64,000 nucleotides of DNA from Anaeramoeba ignava BMAN (lineage: Eukaryota > Protista > Anaeramoebae): the NCBI GenBank assembly GCA_028826165.1, contig JAPDFW010000082.1:62001-126000 (forward strand), given 5' to 3'. The notes under the pieces were generated by a model, which ran no database searches, was not told the DNA's origin, and saw only the letters and a program-made list of their open reading frames with translations. The translations under genes were made by a program, and so were the position numbers. Below are positions 1 through 11,312 of this stretch, one piece after another. Within the stretch, counting starts at the first letter, position 1; each line of letters begins with the position of its first letter.

Positions 1-3000
1 ATTTTTCCATTTGTTTTTTGATATTCTCAACTGATTGAGAGAATTCTCTCTGTTTTTTCAAGTAAAGAATGAAAATTTGGTTCAGAATTTCCTTCTTTTC
101 TTTTTGAAATGAAAGGCAATTTTTCGCTAATTGTTGGATTTCCACATTTTTTGTTGTAATTTCTTGAATTTTGTTTTGTGAAGGATGAATAAAAGTATTC
201 TTGATTAAATTGAACGTTTGTGTAATATTCTTATCAATTTGAGTAAATAAATTTGTTAATATTCCCCATTCACTAATGATTTCATTTTCACTCATTTTCT
301 TCATTAATATATCGTTTTTTGGTCTTGTTATTATTGGTTTCGGAGCAGATATTCCAACTATTTCTTGATTTTGACCGTTTGCCAATTCTTTTGAAAATTT
401 GATCATTTTAGAATGGACAGTTTTCAAATCCTGTTTTAATTGGGTTGCAAATAATCCAAGTTTTTCTCGCAAATCTTCTCTTTGCGAAATTAGCATATTC
501 AATTCGTTTTCAGACATGATTTTCCCACTAGAGGAATAACTATCGATATCTGAAGAATCAGACTCGATTGTAGAATCAAATTCGACATCGTCATTTTCAT
601 CAACATCGTAATCATCAGATGAATCACAAATGTTTTTGAAATCGTTTTCATCTTCACTTGAAAAATCGATATTAAAATTGATTTTTTTCCTTTCTTTTAA
701 TGGAACAATTTGATTGGAATTTTGATTAGAATTTTGCTCTAAATTCAGATTAACATTCAGATTAATGTTTTGATTCAGATTTCTCCCAAAATTCATTGTT
801 AAATTTCCTTTATTTGGTGATTCCAAAAATCTTCTGCATGTTTTAATAATTTCTTTCCGAATCTTCTCGCTTAAATACTTTAATTTACTTAATAAACTAT
901 CAAATTTGAAAAGTTGCTTCTTGATTTGTGTTTCCATTTTAACAACTTCAAAAAACTCTAAATCTTTAAGCTTTGGGTATTTCAAAAATATATTTATATC
1001 TATTGCTGCGAATTCTTGCTGGTTTTTCACAAGAAATTGGCATTGCTGGAAATTTTGCAGAATTGTTTCCTTGCTTTTTTCTTGATTGTTCACTGTTTCA
1101 ATTAAATTTGTCCATTTTTTTCTGTCTTCCATAATCTTCATCCTTTCAATAGCAACTTTGGATATGCTTTTTTCCCATCCGTCAAAAATTGAGTTGTATT
1201 TCGAAGAATTAATTTCTATCATTTTATTTTGCGATTTCTTGATATTTAAGTCGTTTCCAGTGATATTTTCCTTTTCTTCCTCCAAATTTGGTTGAGATTT
1301 CGGGAATTTTTCAAAAAAATTTTTGATAAATAAATAATTTTCCATTTCTTGACTAAATATCCCTTTTTTGTTAATATTCATATCATTTTCATTCTTTGGA
1401 TAAACAATTTCTTTCATGTTTTCAACAAGAATTTGCTTTGCGTTATAAAAACTCATCCACAAATCAAGCTTTTCAGAAATTTTAGAAATTGAATCCTGAG
1501 ATAAAATGAGTGAAATCAAATCATCCATTTTGCTTTTTTTTTCGAGTTCTTGATATTGCTGGAAATATTTCTCAACTTCTAAAATTTTCTCTTCATTCCA
1601 GTAATTTGCTTCCAAAATATCTTGAAACAAATTCATTTTACGAGAAAATGTATTAAATATTTCAAAATCAGCATTTTGGAGTTTAATTGTTTCTTTGCCT
1701 TGAATTTCGTGTGTGAATTTGCGATAAAGAATTTTGAATTTTAGTTCATACAAATTTCCAACATTCAAATTTTCATATCGAATAGTAACTCTTTTTTTCT
1801 CATATGTGATCATTTTCTTTGAATAAAAATGATCAGGAGCAATTTCAGTTGTAATTTCAGTATCATTTGGATCATATATTTTTGAAAGAAAAACACAACA
1901 AAATGAATCAAATCCAATATATTGAATAATAAATTGATATGTCGGTATTTTTTTGGTTTTAAAAGAAACAATTGGCTTTTGAGATTTATTCAGATAAACA
2001 TAATATTTTCTTTCAGGAATTAATCCTTCAAATTTCACAAACTCTTGCAAATTTTTCACATGAAATTCTTCTTCAAATTGTTGTTTGTTTTCATAATCTT
2101 TGATAACCAAAATTCCATAATTAATATTCACTCCTCTTTGTAGTTTGAGTATTACTGAATTGAATGATATCATTTCAATGGAAATTGCTCCTTTCTTTTA
2201 TTAAGACGCAAACGAATTAATTTTTAAAATTTTTTTAATATAAATTAAAATGGAATGAACAATTTACCTGAATTTTTTCAAAATGTTTTTGGATTTTTTG
2301 TTGATTTTTTTGTGATGTAAGATCTGTTGGAACTTGATTCTTTTTTTTTTTTAGATTTAATTTATAAATTTGTTTTTTTTGAAAAAAAAAATATTTAAAT
2401 ATTTACTTTCTATATTTTTATATCAAAATCATTTTAATTCAATATTATTTTGTTTTTTGAAAATTTTAAAATTACATTCTATTCAATAAAAAAAAAAGCA
2501 ATAAATATTTTATAAAATTGATTTGATTTTGTTTTAAAACATTTTGAATAGAATTATCAGCTCCAAATTGAATAAGAATTATTAAAATATCTTCTCCACA
2601 TGAACTTTGGCAAGCTAAATGAAATGGAGTATTTCCCTTCAAATGAATGGAATATTATTATTAATACAAAAAAAACAATTAATTCAAAACCAAAAAATAT
2701 TATCAATTAAATTTTTTCTCTTTTTGTTTTACATCCTTTTAAAAACGATTTAATTAATTTTTAATTTGGATAAAAATAATTGATAAAATTACTTTCTATT
2801 TAATTGGATTTGAGTTGATTTTTTAAAAAATATATTTGAAAATGGGCTTTTTTTTTGTTGATTGTTTATACATCTTTGCGATTAACTTGAACATTTGAAC
2901 CAGCATTTAAAAGATATAATAAGGATTGTTTGTCTGGTTTTTTAGAGCATAAATAATGTAAAGGAGTTCGTTGCTTATATTGAAATTTAAACAAAATGAG

Positions 3001-3504
3001 TAATTTAACAAAAAAAATTTAATTGAAAAATGAAAAAGTTGAAAATTTACTTTCTAAAAATTAAAAATTTAAAAATTAAATTAATAATTTCAAATTAAAA
3101 ATTACATTCTAAATATAAAAATTTTTTAAATTATTAATAAAAATGAATTGATTTTTGTTATTTTTTTTTTAATAAAAATGAACATCAGTTCTTGATAAAT
3201 CAGCTCCTGATTCTATCAAAATTTTCAGTATATCTAAAGAAAGAGGACGACAAGAACAAGCAAAATGAATTAAAGTTGTTGACTTTTATAAAAGAATTTA
3301 TTAATATTTTTATTTTTATTATTATTATTTTTTAAAAATGAATTACGTTCTTAATTTAAAAAAAAAATTTTAAATTTAAATAAAAAGAAAAATGTTTTAA
3401 AAAAAATAATATTTTACATATTCTGCATTAATATCTGAATTTTGAAGAAGAAAATGTTGTACAAATTGGATATTATTATTTTGAATTGCTTGAAAAATAT
3501 CCAT
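1..3504 (-). CDS. Ankyrin-repeat protein with single-codon microexons, possible FN3-like segments and a long C-terminal region (3' end beyond window)
   Basis: Hand-spliced exons (minus): 3504-3418 MDIFQAIQ..DINAEY; 3349-3347 N; 3282-3184 STTLIHFAC..GADLSRTD; 3108-3106 N; 3053-3051 K; 2973-2872 QRTPLHYLC..NRKD; 2795-2793 K; 2735-2733 D; 2636-2541 GNTPFHLAC..GADNSIQN; 2478-2476 N; 2409-2407 K; 2339-2268; then 2194 to the window edge, open in the stretches I translated. All introns are GT-AG, phase 0. FEGLIPERKYYV and YENLNVGNLYEL resemble FN3 motifs (weak). Confidence 0.85.
2407..3349 (-). other. Seven 3-nt (single-codon) microexons in ankyrin beta-hairpins
   Basis: AG|NNN|GT on the minus strand at 3347-3349, 3106-3108, 3051-3053, 2793-2795, 2733-2735, 2476-2478, 2407-2409; flanking introns 52-96 nt; restores D-x-x-G-x-T-P-L-H spacing. 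Confidence 0.8.
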
Positions 3505-3586
3505 TTAAAAAAAAAATGAAAAAGAAAAAAAAGAAAAATGAAAAATGATTTTTTCATTTTTTTTCATTAAATATTTTTATTTTTAA
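3505..3586. promoter_or_regulatory. 82-bp bidirectional promoter with back-to-back TCATTT (initiator-like) motifs
   Basis: AATGAAAA copies face the minus-strand ATG at 3504 and TTTTCATTT copies face the plus-strand ATG at 3587. The same arrangement occurs at 46995-47122 and 52413-52490. Confidence 0.5.
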
Positions 3587-6500
3587 ATGGATGAAGATGA
3601 AAAATTAAATAATTTTTTTACTTGTCCGATTTGTTATAATATTTTTAAAGATCCAAGAATTCTAAATTGTGGTCATACTTTCTGTTTTGATTGTTTAGAA
3701 AGAATGTTTAAAGAATCACAAGGAAAAATTAAATGTCCTTTATGCAGAAAAAAAACATTTTTACAATCAATTAATAATTTACCTAAAAATTTTACAATTA
3801 ATGATTTTCTTGAGAATTTTTTAGAAAAAAAACAGAAAGAAAAAGAAAAACAAAAAGAAGATGAAGAATTTTTCAAAAATTTAGCAAGAAATCGGAATAT
3901 ATATAGAAATAGAAATCAAAATTTAAATCAAAATCAAAATTTAAATCAAAATCAAAACAGAAATCAAAATTTAAATCAAAATTTAAATCAAAATTTAAAT
4001 CAAAACAGAAATCAAAACAGAAATCAAAATCAAAATTTAAATCAAAACAGAAATCAAAATTTAAATCAAAACAGAAATCAAAATCAAAATCAAAATCAAA
4101 ATTTAAATCAAAATCAAAATTTAAATCAAAATCAAAATCAAAATCAAAATCGAAATCAAATTCAAAATTTAATTCAACAGGAAATTCGAAATCAAAATTT
4201 AGTTGAAAATTTATTTCAAATTTATGAAGGAAATTTTGTTGATGAAAATGAGTTATATTCTGAAGAATGGATTCAATTTAATCAAAATAGAGAACAACGT
4301 GAATTAGATTTATTTAATATAATTCAAAATTTTCAAAATCAAAATCAAAATCAAAATCAAAGTGAAAGTCAAAGTGAAAGTCAAAATGAAAGTCAAAGTG
4401 AAAATGAAGATGAAAATGAAGATGAAGATCTTATTTTTTTTGAAGAACAAAATAGAAACAGAAATAGAAATAGTAATAGAAATAGAAATAGAAATCAAAT
4501 ATCAAATGATTCAAATTCATTAATAAGTGAAAATGAGGATGAAGATGAAGATGAAAACGAAAATGATCTATTATCATTTCATTCTATTTCATCAATAAGC
4601 GAAAATGAAAATGAAAGTCAAAATGAAAGTGAAAATGAAAGTCAAAATGAAAGTCAAAATGAAAGTCAAAATGAAAGTCAAAATGAAAGTCAAAATGAAA
4701 GCGAAAATGAAAGCGAAAATGAAAGTCAAAATGAAAGTGATATCGAAATTCAAATTCAAAATGAAGATGAAATTCAAATTCAAAATTTAGATGAAAATTA
4801 TGAAGTTATTTTTCAAAACGAAAATGAAGATGAAAATTACAGTGGAAATGAAAATGATCTATTATCATTTCATTCTATTTCATCAATAAGCGAAAATGAA
4901 AATGAAAATGAAAGTGAGAATGAAAGTGAAAGTCAAAATGAAAATGAAAGTGAAAATGAAAGTGAAAATGAAAATGAAAGTCAAAATGAAAGTCAGAATG
5001 AAAATGAAAATGAAAATCAAAATGAAAATGAAAGTGAAAATGAAAGTCAGAATGAAAATGAAAATGAAAATGAAAGTCAAAATGAAAATGAAAATGAAAG
5101 TGAAAATGAAAATGAAAGTGAAAATGAAGATGAAAATGAAAATCAGAATGAAAGTGAAAATGAAAGTCAAAGTGAAAATGAAAGTCAAAGTGAAAATGAA
5201 AGTGAGATTGATTTAATTAATTTGGAAGATGAAAATCAAAATCAAAATATAAATCAAAATCAAAATCAAAATCAAAATCAAAATCAAAATCAAAATCAAA
5301 ATATAAATCAAAATCAAAATCAAAATATAAATCAAAATCAAAATCAAAATCAAAATCAAAATCAAAATCAAAATATAATTGAAAATCAAAATATAAATCA
5401 AATTCAAATTCAAAATGAAATTGATTTAATTAATTTAGAAGACGAAAATGTTGAAGAACAAATTCAAAATTTTGGATATTTTCCAATAAATGAAAATGAA
5501 AATCAAATAAATGAATTATTACAATCAGATTCGATCTCATCCTTAAATGGAATTAAAAGTCAAAGCTATTCTGAAAGTGAAAGTGAAAATGAAAGCGAAA
5601 ATGAAAATGAAAGTCAAAATGAAAGTCAAAATCAAAATGAGAATGAAAATCAAAATGAGATTGATTTAATTAATTTTGAAAATCAAAATGAAAGCGAAAA
5701 TGAAAATGAAAGTCAAAATGAAAGTCAAAATGAAAGTCAAAATGAGAATGAAAATGAGATTGATTTAATTAATTTTGAAAATCAAAATATAAATCAAAAT
5801 CAAAATTTAAATCAAGATGAAAATCAAATTCAAAATCAAAATCAAAATCAAATTCAAAATCAAAATCAAACTGAAGATGAAAATCAAATTCAAAATCAAA
5901 ATCAAAATGAAAATGAAAATGAAAATGAAAACCAAAATGAAAATGAAAACCAAAGTCAAAGTGATTTTGAAACTGAAAGCGAAAGTGATTTAATGAATTT
6001 TGAAAATGGAAATGAAATTGAAATTGAAAATGAAAATGAAAATGAAATCCAAAGTCAAAGTGATTTTGAAACTGAAAGTGAAAGTGATTTAATGAATTTT
6101 GAAAATGAAAATCAAAATCAAGATGAAGATGAAAATCAAATAGAAAATGAAATAGAAATTCAAAATCAAATACAAACCCAAATTGAAAAACAAATAGAAA
6201 GTGATCTAATTGATTTAGAAAATTTTGCTGAATTTATTTCTTTAAATAAAACACAAAACGAAATGAATAATCAATTAGATTTTCAATCAAATGACAATCA
6301 ATCAGAATTATTTCAAAAATTTTTAGATGATTTCAAATATTCTAAGGATAGAGTACTTAAATTAATTGATATAAATGGATTTAACAATCCTTTAGATAAT
6401 ATAAATGATTTGAAAAATAAAAATCAAAATATAAGTCAAAATATAAATCAAAATCAAATTCAAAATCAAATTCAAAATCAAAATCAAAATATAAATCAAA

Positions 6501-6739
6501 TTAAAAATCAAAATCAAAATCAAAATGAAAATCAAAATCAAAATATAAATCAAAATATAAATCAAATTCAAAATATAAATCAAATTGAAAATCAAAATCA
6601 AATTCAAATTGAAAATCAAAATCAAATTGAAAATCAAAATCAAATTCAAATTGAAAATCAAAATCAAAACATAAATCAAAATATAAATCAAAATATAAAT
6701 CAAATTCAAAATCAAAATCAAAATCAAAATCAAAATTAA
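3587..6739 (+). CDS. RING-HC (C3HC4, TRIM-like) protein, probable E3 ligase, with ~950 aa mostly N/Q/E/S low-complexity tail
   Basis: CPIC..DPRILNCGHTFCFDC..CPLCR..LPKNF; single-exon 1050-aa ORF. Confidence 0.85.
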   Translation: MDEDEKLNNFFTCPICYNIFKDPRILNCGHTFCFDCLERMFKESQGKIKCPLCRKKTFLQSINNLPKNFTINDFLENFLEKKQKEKEKQKEDEEFFKNLARNRNIYRNRNQNLNQNQNLNQNQNRNQNLNQNLNQNLNQNRNQNRNQNQNLNQNRNQNLNQNRNQNQNQNQNLNQNQNLNQNQNQNQNRNQIQNLIQQEIRNQNLVENLFQIYEGNFVDENELYSEEWIQFNQNREQRELDLFNIIQNFQNQNQNQNQSESQSESQNESQSENEDENEDEDLIFFEEQNRNRNRNSNRNRNRNQISNDSNSLISENEDEDEDENENDLLSFHSISSISENENESQNESENESQNESQNESQNESQNESQNESENESENESQNESDIEIQIQNEDEIQIQNLDENYEVIFQNENEDENYSGNENDLLSFHSISSISENENENESENESESQNENESENESENENESQNESQNENENENQNENESENESQNENENENESQNENENESENENESENEDENENQNESENESQSENESQSENESEIDLINLEDENQNQNINQNQNQNQNQNQNQNQNINQNQNQNINQNQNQNQNQNQNQNIIENQNINQIQIQNEIDLINLEDENVEEQIQNFGYFPINENENQINELLQSDSISSLNGIKSQSYSESESENESENENESQNESQNQNENENQNEIDLINFENQNESENENESQNESQNESQNENENEIDLINFENQNINQNQNLNQDENQIQNQNQNQIQNQNQTEDENQIQNQNQNENENENENQNENENQSQSDFETESESDLMNFENGNEIEIENENENEIQSQSDFETESESDLMNFENENQNQDEDENQIENEIEIQNQIQTQIEKQIESDLIDLENFAEFISLNKTQNEMNNQLDFQSNDNQSELFQKFLDDFKYSKDRVLKLIDINGFNNPLDNINDLKNKNQNISQNINQNQIQNQIQNQNQNINQIKNQNQNQNENQNQNINQNINQIQNINQIENQNQIQIENQNQIENQNQIQIENQNQNINQNINQNINQIQNQNQNQNQN

Positions 6740-6825
6740 ATTGAAAATCAAAATCAAAATGAAAATCAAAATCAAAATTAAATTGAAAATCAAATTGAAA
6801 ATCAAAATAATAAAAATTAAAATTA

Positions 6826-6885
6826 TTTTTTCATTTTTTCATTTTTCATTTTTTCATTTTTCATTTTTCATTTTTCATTTTTAAA
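6826..6885 (+). promoter_or_regulatory. Tandem (TTTTCAT)n initiator-like array immediately upstream of deoC
   Basis: About 7 consecutive TTTTCAT units followed by TTTTAAA-ATG; the same motif precedes most ATGs in the window. Confidence 0.45.
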
Positions 6886-9251
6886 ATGAATTTTTCATTA
6901 ACTTATGATAAAGAAACAAAAGAATTAATTCAAAATCGAATAAATTTTACATCAAAAAGAATAAATATTTTACCTGAACAATTGAGAGCTGTATTTCCAC
7001 ATCTTTTGGAAACTGAAATGAAATTTAAAATGAATGAAGATATTTCCAGTTATATTGATCATACTTTATTAAAACCCGATGCAACAAAAGAGCAAATTAA
7101 ACAACTTTGCCAAGAAGCGATTGATAATAAAGTATTTTATTGAAGAAATTTAATTAAAATTTAAATTAAAAATCCAAATAAATTTAAATCGAAATCAATT
7201 CCAAAAATAATCCAAATAAAAATCAAAATTAAAATCAAAATAAATATTCAATTCAAAATTCAATATTCAAATAAAATTCCAAATAAAAATCCAAATAAAA
7301 ATCCAAATAAAAATCAAAATCAAAATCAAAATTAAAATCAAAATAAAAATCAAAATCAAAATTAAAATAAAATTCCAAAATAAAAATCCAAAATAAAATT
7401 CAAATAAAAATAAAAATAAAAATAAAAATTAAAATCAAAATAAAAATTCAATTAAAAATTAATATTCAAATAAATTTAATTATAAATTAAAAATTTAACA
7501 AAAAACAGTTTTATGCTGTTTGTGTAAATTCAAATCGAGTGAAAGAAGCTTTTGAATTTCTTGGAAAAAATTCAGTTCAATTAGCAGCTGTTGTTGGTAA
7601 AAAATCAAAATATTAGAAAATCAAAATATTAAGAATGAAAATATTAATTATTAAAACAAAAATCAATAAAGGTTTCCCACTTGGAGTAACTGATACAAAT
7701 TGTAAAATTTTTGAAACAGAAACTGCAATTGATAATGGCGCTACTGAAATTGACATGGTTATAAATGTTGGAAGATTAAAAGATGAAGAATATTTTGAAG
7801 TTTTATCTGATATCAGAGAAGTTGTAAAAAGTGTTGATGAATCAGTTAAAGTCAAAGTTAGTTCAAAGATATTAAAATATAAATCAAAATCAAAATTAAA
7901 ATGAAAATTAAAATCAAAATCAAAATTAAAATCAAAATTAAAATAAAAATCAAAATCAAAATTAAAATAAAAATCAAAATTAAAATTAAAATTAAAATCA
8001 AAATCAAAATTAAAATCAAAATTAAAATTAAAATCAAAATCAAAATCAAAATTAAAATCGAAATTAAAATTAAAATTAAAATTAAAATTAAAATCAAAAT
8101 CAAAATTAAAATTAAAATTAAAATCAAAATCAAAATTAAAATCGAAATTAAAATCAAAATTAAAATCAAAATTAAAATTAAAATTAAAATCGAAATTAAA
8201 ATTAAAAATTAAAATCAAAATCAAAATTAAAATCAAAATTAAAATTAAAATTAAAATTAAAATTAAAATTAAAATTAAAATCAAAATCAAAATTAAAATT
8301 AAAATCAAAATCAAAATTAAAATTAAAATTAAAATTAAAATTAAAATTAAAATTAAAATTAAAATTAAAATTAAAATTAAAAATAAAAATCAAAATCAAA
8401 ATTAAAATCAAAATCAAAATTAAAATTAAAATCAAAATCAAAATCAAAATAAAAATCAAAATCAAAATCAAAATCAAAATCAAAAATTAAAATTAAAAAT
8501 TAAAATAAAAATTAAAATTAAAATTAAAATTAAAATTAAAATCAAAATCAAAATCAAAATTAAAATTAAAATTAAAATTAAAATTAAAATTAAAATCAAA
8601 ATCAAAATCAAAATTAAAATCAAAATTAAAATTAAAATTAAAATTAAAATTAAAATCAAAATTAAAATCAAAATCAAAATTAAAATCAAAATCAAAATTA
8701 AAATCAAAATTAAAATTAAAATTAAAATTAAAATTAAAATCAAAATTAAAATTAAAATTAAAATCAAAATTAAGGTAATTCTTGAAACTTGTCTTTTAAC
8801 AAAAGAATTAATTGTTGATGCATGTATTTTGAGTGTAATTGGAGGAGCATCATTTGTAAAAACATCAACAGGATTTTCACAAGGAGGAGCAAAAGTAGAA
8901 GATGTTAGATTAATGAAATTAGTTGTTGGAGATCTAGCAGAAGTAAAAGCATCAGGAGGAGTAAGATCATATGAAGATGCAATGAAAATGATAGCAAATG
9001 GAGCAACAAGAATAGGTACAAGTTCAGGTGTCAAAATTTCAAAAGAAAAAAATGATGTAAAACAAAATCAAATCGATTCAATTTCAGATCAAAATTTAAA
9101 TCGTAATTCTTCTTCTTCTTCTTTTGTAAATCCAAAAATTGCTCTTTGTGGTGCTTTTTTAACTGCTGCTATTTCAGGTTTCTTTGCTGGTTATGTCTAT
9201 CAACAAAACAGTCAAAATTCCAATAAGAAAAATCCAAAAAAAAAGAAATAA
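6886..9251 (+). CDS. deoC: Deoxyribose-phosphate aldolase (bacterial DeoC type), 4 exons, with C-terminal hydrophobic tail anchor
   Basis: Exons 6886-7131, 7509-7596, 7672-7856, 8775-9251 give [66 protein letters not shown]. Confidence 0.95.
7870..8772 (+). repeat. (AAAATT/AAAATC)n hexamer array filling deoC intron 3
   Basis: About 900 bp of a 6-bp unit read directly; it generates the spurious IK/IL/FN ORFs. Confidence 0.95.
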
Positions 9252-9298
9252 ATTTTTTTCATTTTTTCCTTTTTTTTTCATTTTTTTTCTTTTCAAAA

Positions 9299-11146
9299 AT
9301 GAATGAAATTTTATTTTTTGGTTCAAATCAAAAACCAAAACTTTTCAAAAATGAAACAAATAAAATAACAAAACCAATTCAATTTAAATTTGAAAATGAA
9401 AATGAAAATGAAAATGTAAAACAAAATCAAAATGAAAATGAAAAACAAATTAAACAAATTTCATCAGGTTTATTTTCAACAATTTTCCTTTTTAAAAATG
9501 GAAAAGCAATAGAATATTTAAAAGATTCAAATCAAAATCCTCAAAAAATCCAAATTGAAAATATTCAAAAAGTAACTGTTAGTTATCAAAATGAAGCTAT
9601 TTTAACAATAGAAGGAAATGTATTTGCCAAAGGAATAGATATTAATCCAAATAATCTAAAAGAATTTATCAATATTTCATCATTAATTAAAGATAAAAAT
9701 GATAGAATAATTCAAGATATTGTTTCTGGATATAGTTCAATTTATTTATTAACTTCAAATCAAAATGTTTATGGAATTGGTTCAAATAAATTAGCACAAC
9801 TTGGTTTTGATTCTGAAACACTTCCAAAAACAGAAAAACCAATTTTAATAATGAAAAATGTTTCTAAAATATTTTCAGGAAATTCTTCAGTTAATGTTTT
9901 TCTTTTAAATTCAAATCAAGAATTATTTGGATGCGGATTGAATGAATATGGCCAACTTGGATTAGGAGAATCAAGAAGAAGAGAAACAAAAATTCAAAAA
10001 TTAACCAAAATCAAAAATATTCCAAAAGGTAAAATAATTTATATTCAATCTGGAAATTTCCATTCAATAATGTTAATTGAAAATGAAAATGAAAACGAAA
10101 ATCCAAAAAGAAAACTTTATTCATGTGGCCGTTCTCAATATAATGGACTTGGTAAACCAAAAATTACTTATGAATTTACTGAAATCAAATCATCTTTATT
10201 TGAAAATGATGATATTCTTGATATTTCTGTTGGAGATAAACATACTTTGATTTTAACATCCAATTCAAAATTAATTGGATTTGGATATAATAATTTTGGT
10301 GAATTAGGAACTGGAGATACATATTGGAATCAATCAATTCCAATTCAAATTGAACTTCCTAAATTAAGATTTAATGAAAATATTTCCAATTATCATATTT
10401 CTTGTGGAGATTTTAGTTCATTTCTTTATTATTCTACTCCTTCTTTTTCCAATCTTGAAGAAGATTTGATAAAATTATTTAGAAGAAAAGAATTTTGTAA
10501 TATTTCATTTAAAACCGAAAATGGAGAAATAATTGAAGCTCATAAATTAATATTGAAATATAGATTAAATCAAAATGAAAATCAAATTGAAAAACTTCAA
10601 GAAATTATTTCAAATAAATCAATTAAAGAATCAAATCAAATATTTGAAATGATTTATTCAAACAGAATAATAAATCCAAAATTATATTCAGAAATTAAAG
10701 AAATTATAAATTCAAATGAAAAAATTGAAGAAACAATGAAAAGAATTTATTTAAATGAAAATGAAAATGAAAATGAAAAAGATTTTATAATTGAAAGAAA
10801 AGAAAAGCAATATAAATTTCCAAAATTAATATTAATAATGAGAAGTGAATTATATCGAGGAATGTTTTTATCTGTAACTGAAGATAAATCTAATAAAGTT
10901 ACAGATTATAGTGAATTAAGTAATAAATCATTTCAAATATTTGAATATTGGATTTATTCAAATCAAATTAAAGATGAAATTGAAATTACACAAGAAATAA
11001 TTGAAGAAATTAAAATTGGAATTGATTATTTTCAATTAAATCAAACAAATCCAAATTTATTTGATTTATTAATTAACAAATTTAATAACCAAAATTTAAT
11101 TCAAAATTCTAATCAAAAAAAGAAAGAAAATTGTTTAATATTTTAA
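9299..11146 (+). CDS. RCC1-repeat + BTB-like protein, paralog 1, with C-terminal CaaX (CLIF)
   Basis: RCC1 motifs (GCGLNEYGQLG, ISVGDKHTLIL..GFGYNNFGELG); BTB-like FCNISF..IEAHKLILKYR and second BTB-like KDFII..LILIMRSELYRGMF; ends KKKENCLIF. Confidence 0.9.
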   Translation: MNEILFFGSNQKPKLFKNETNKITKPIQFKFENENENENVKQNQNENEKQIKQISSGLFSTIFLFKNGKAIEYLKDSNQNPQKIQIENIQKVTVSYQNEAILTIEGNVFAKGIDINPNNLKEFINISSLIKDKNDRIIQDIVSGYSSIYLLTSNQNVYGIGSNKLAQLGFDSETLPKTEKPILIMKNVSKIFSGNSSVNVFLLNSNQELFGCGLNEYGQLGLGESRRRETKIQKLTKIKNIPKGKIIYIQSGNFHSIMLIENENENENPKRKLYSCGRSQYNGLGKPKITYEFTEIKSSLFENDDILDISVGDKHTLILTSNSKLIGFGYNNFGELGTGDTYWNQSIPIQIELPKLRFNENISNYHISCGDFSSFLYYSTPSFSNLEEDLIKLFRRKEFCNISFKTENGEIIEAHKLILKYRLNQNENQIEKLQEIISNKSIKESNQIFEMIYSNRIINPKLYSEIKEIINSNEKIEETMKRIYLNENENENEKDFIIERKEKQYKFPKLILIMRSELYRGMFLSVTEDKSNKVTDYSELSNKSFQIFEYWIYSNQIKDEIEITQEIIEEIKIGIDYFQLNQTNPNLFDLLINKFNNQNLIQNSNQKKKENCLIF

Positions 11147-11312
11147 ATAGAAATTAAAATTAAAATTAAAATAAAAATTAAAATTAAAATCAAATTAAAA
11201 ATTAAAATTAAAATTAAAATTAAATTTAAAATTAAAATTAAGATTAAAATTAAAATTAAAATTAAAATTTAAAATTCAAAAATCATTTTTTCATTTTTTT
11301 TCTTTTCAAAAA

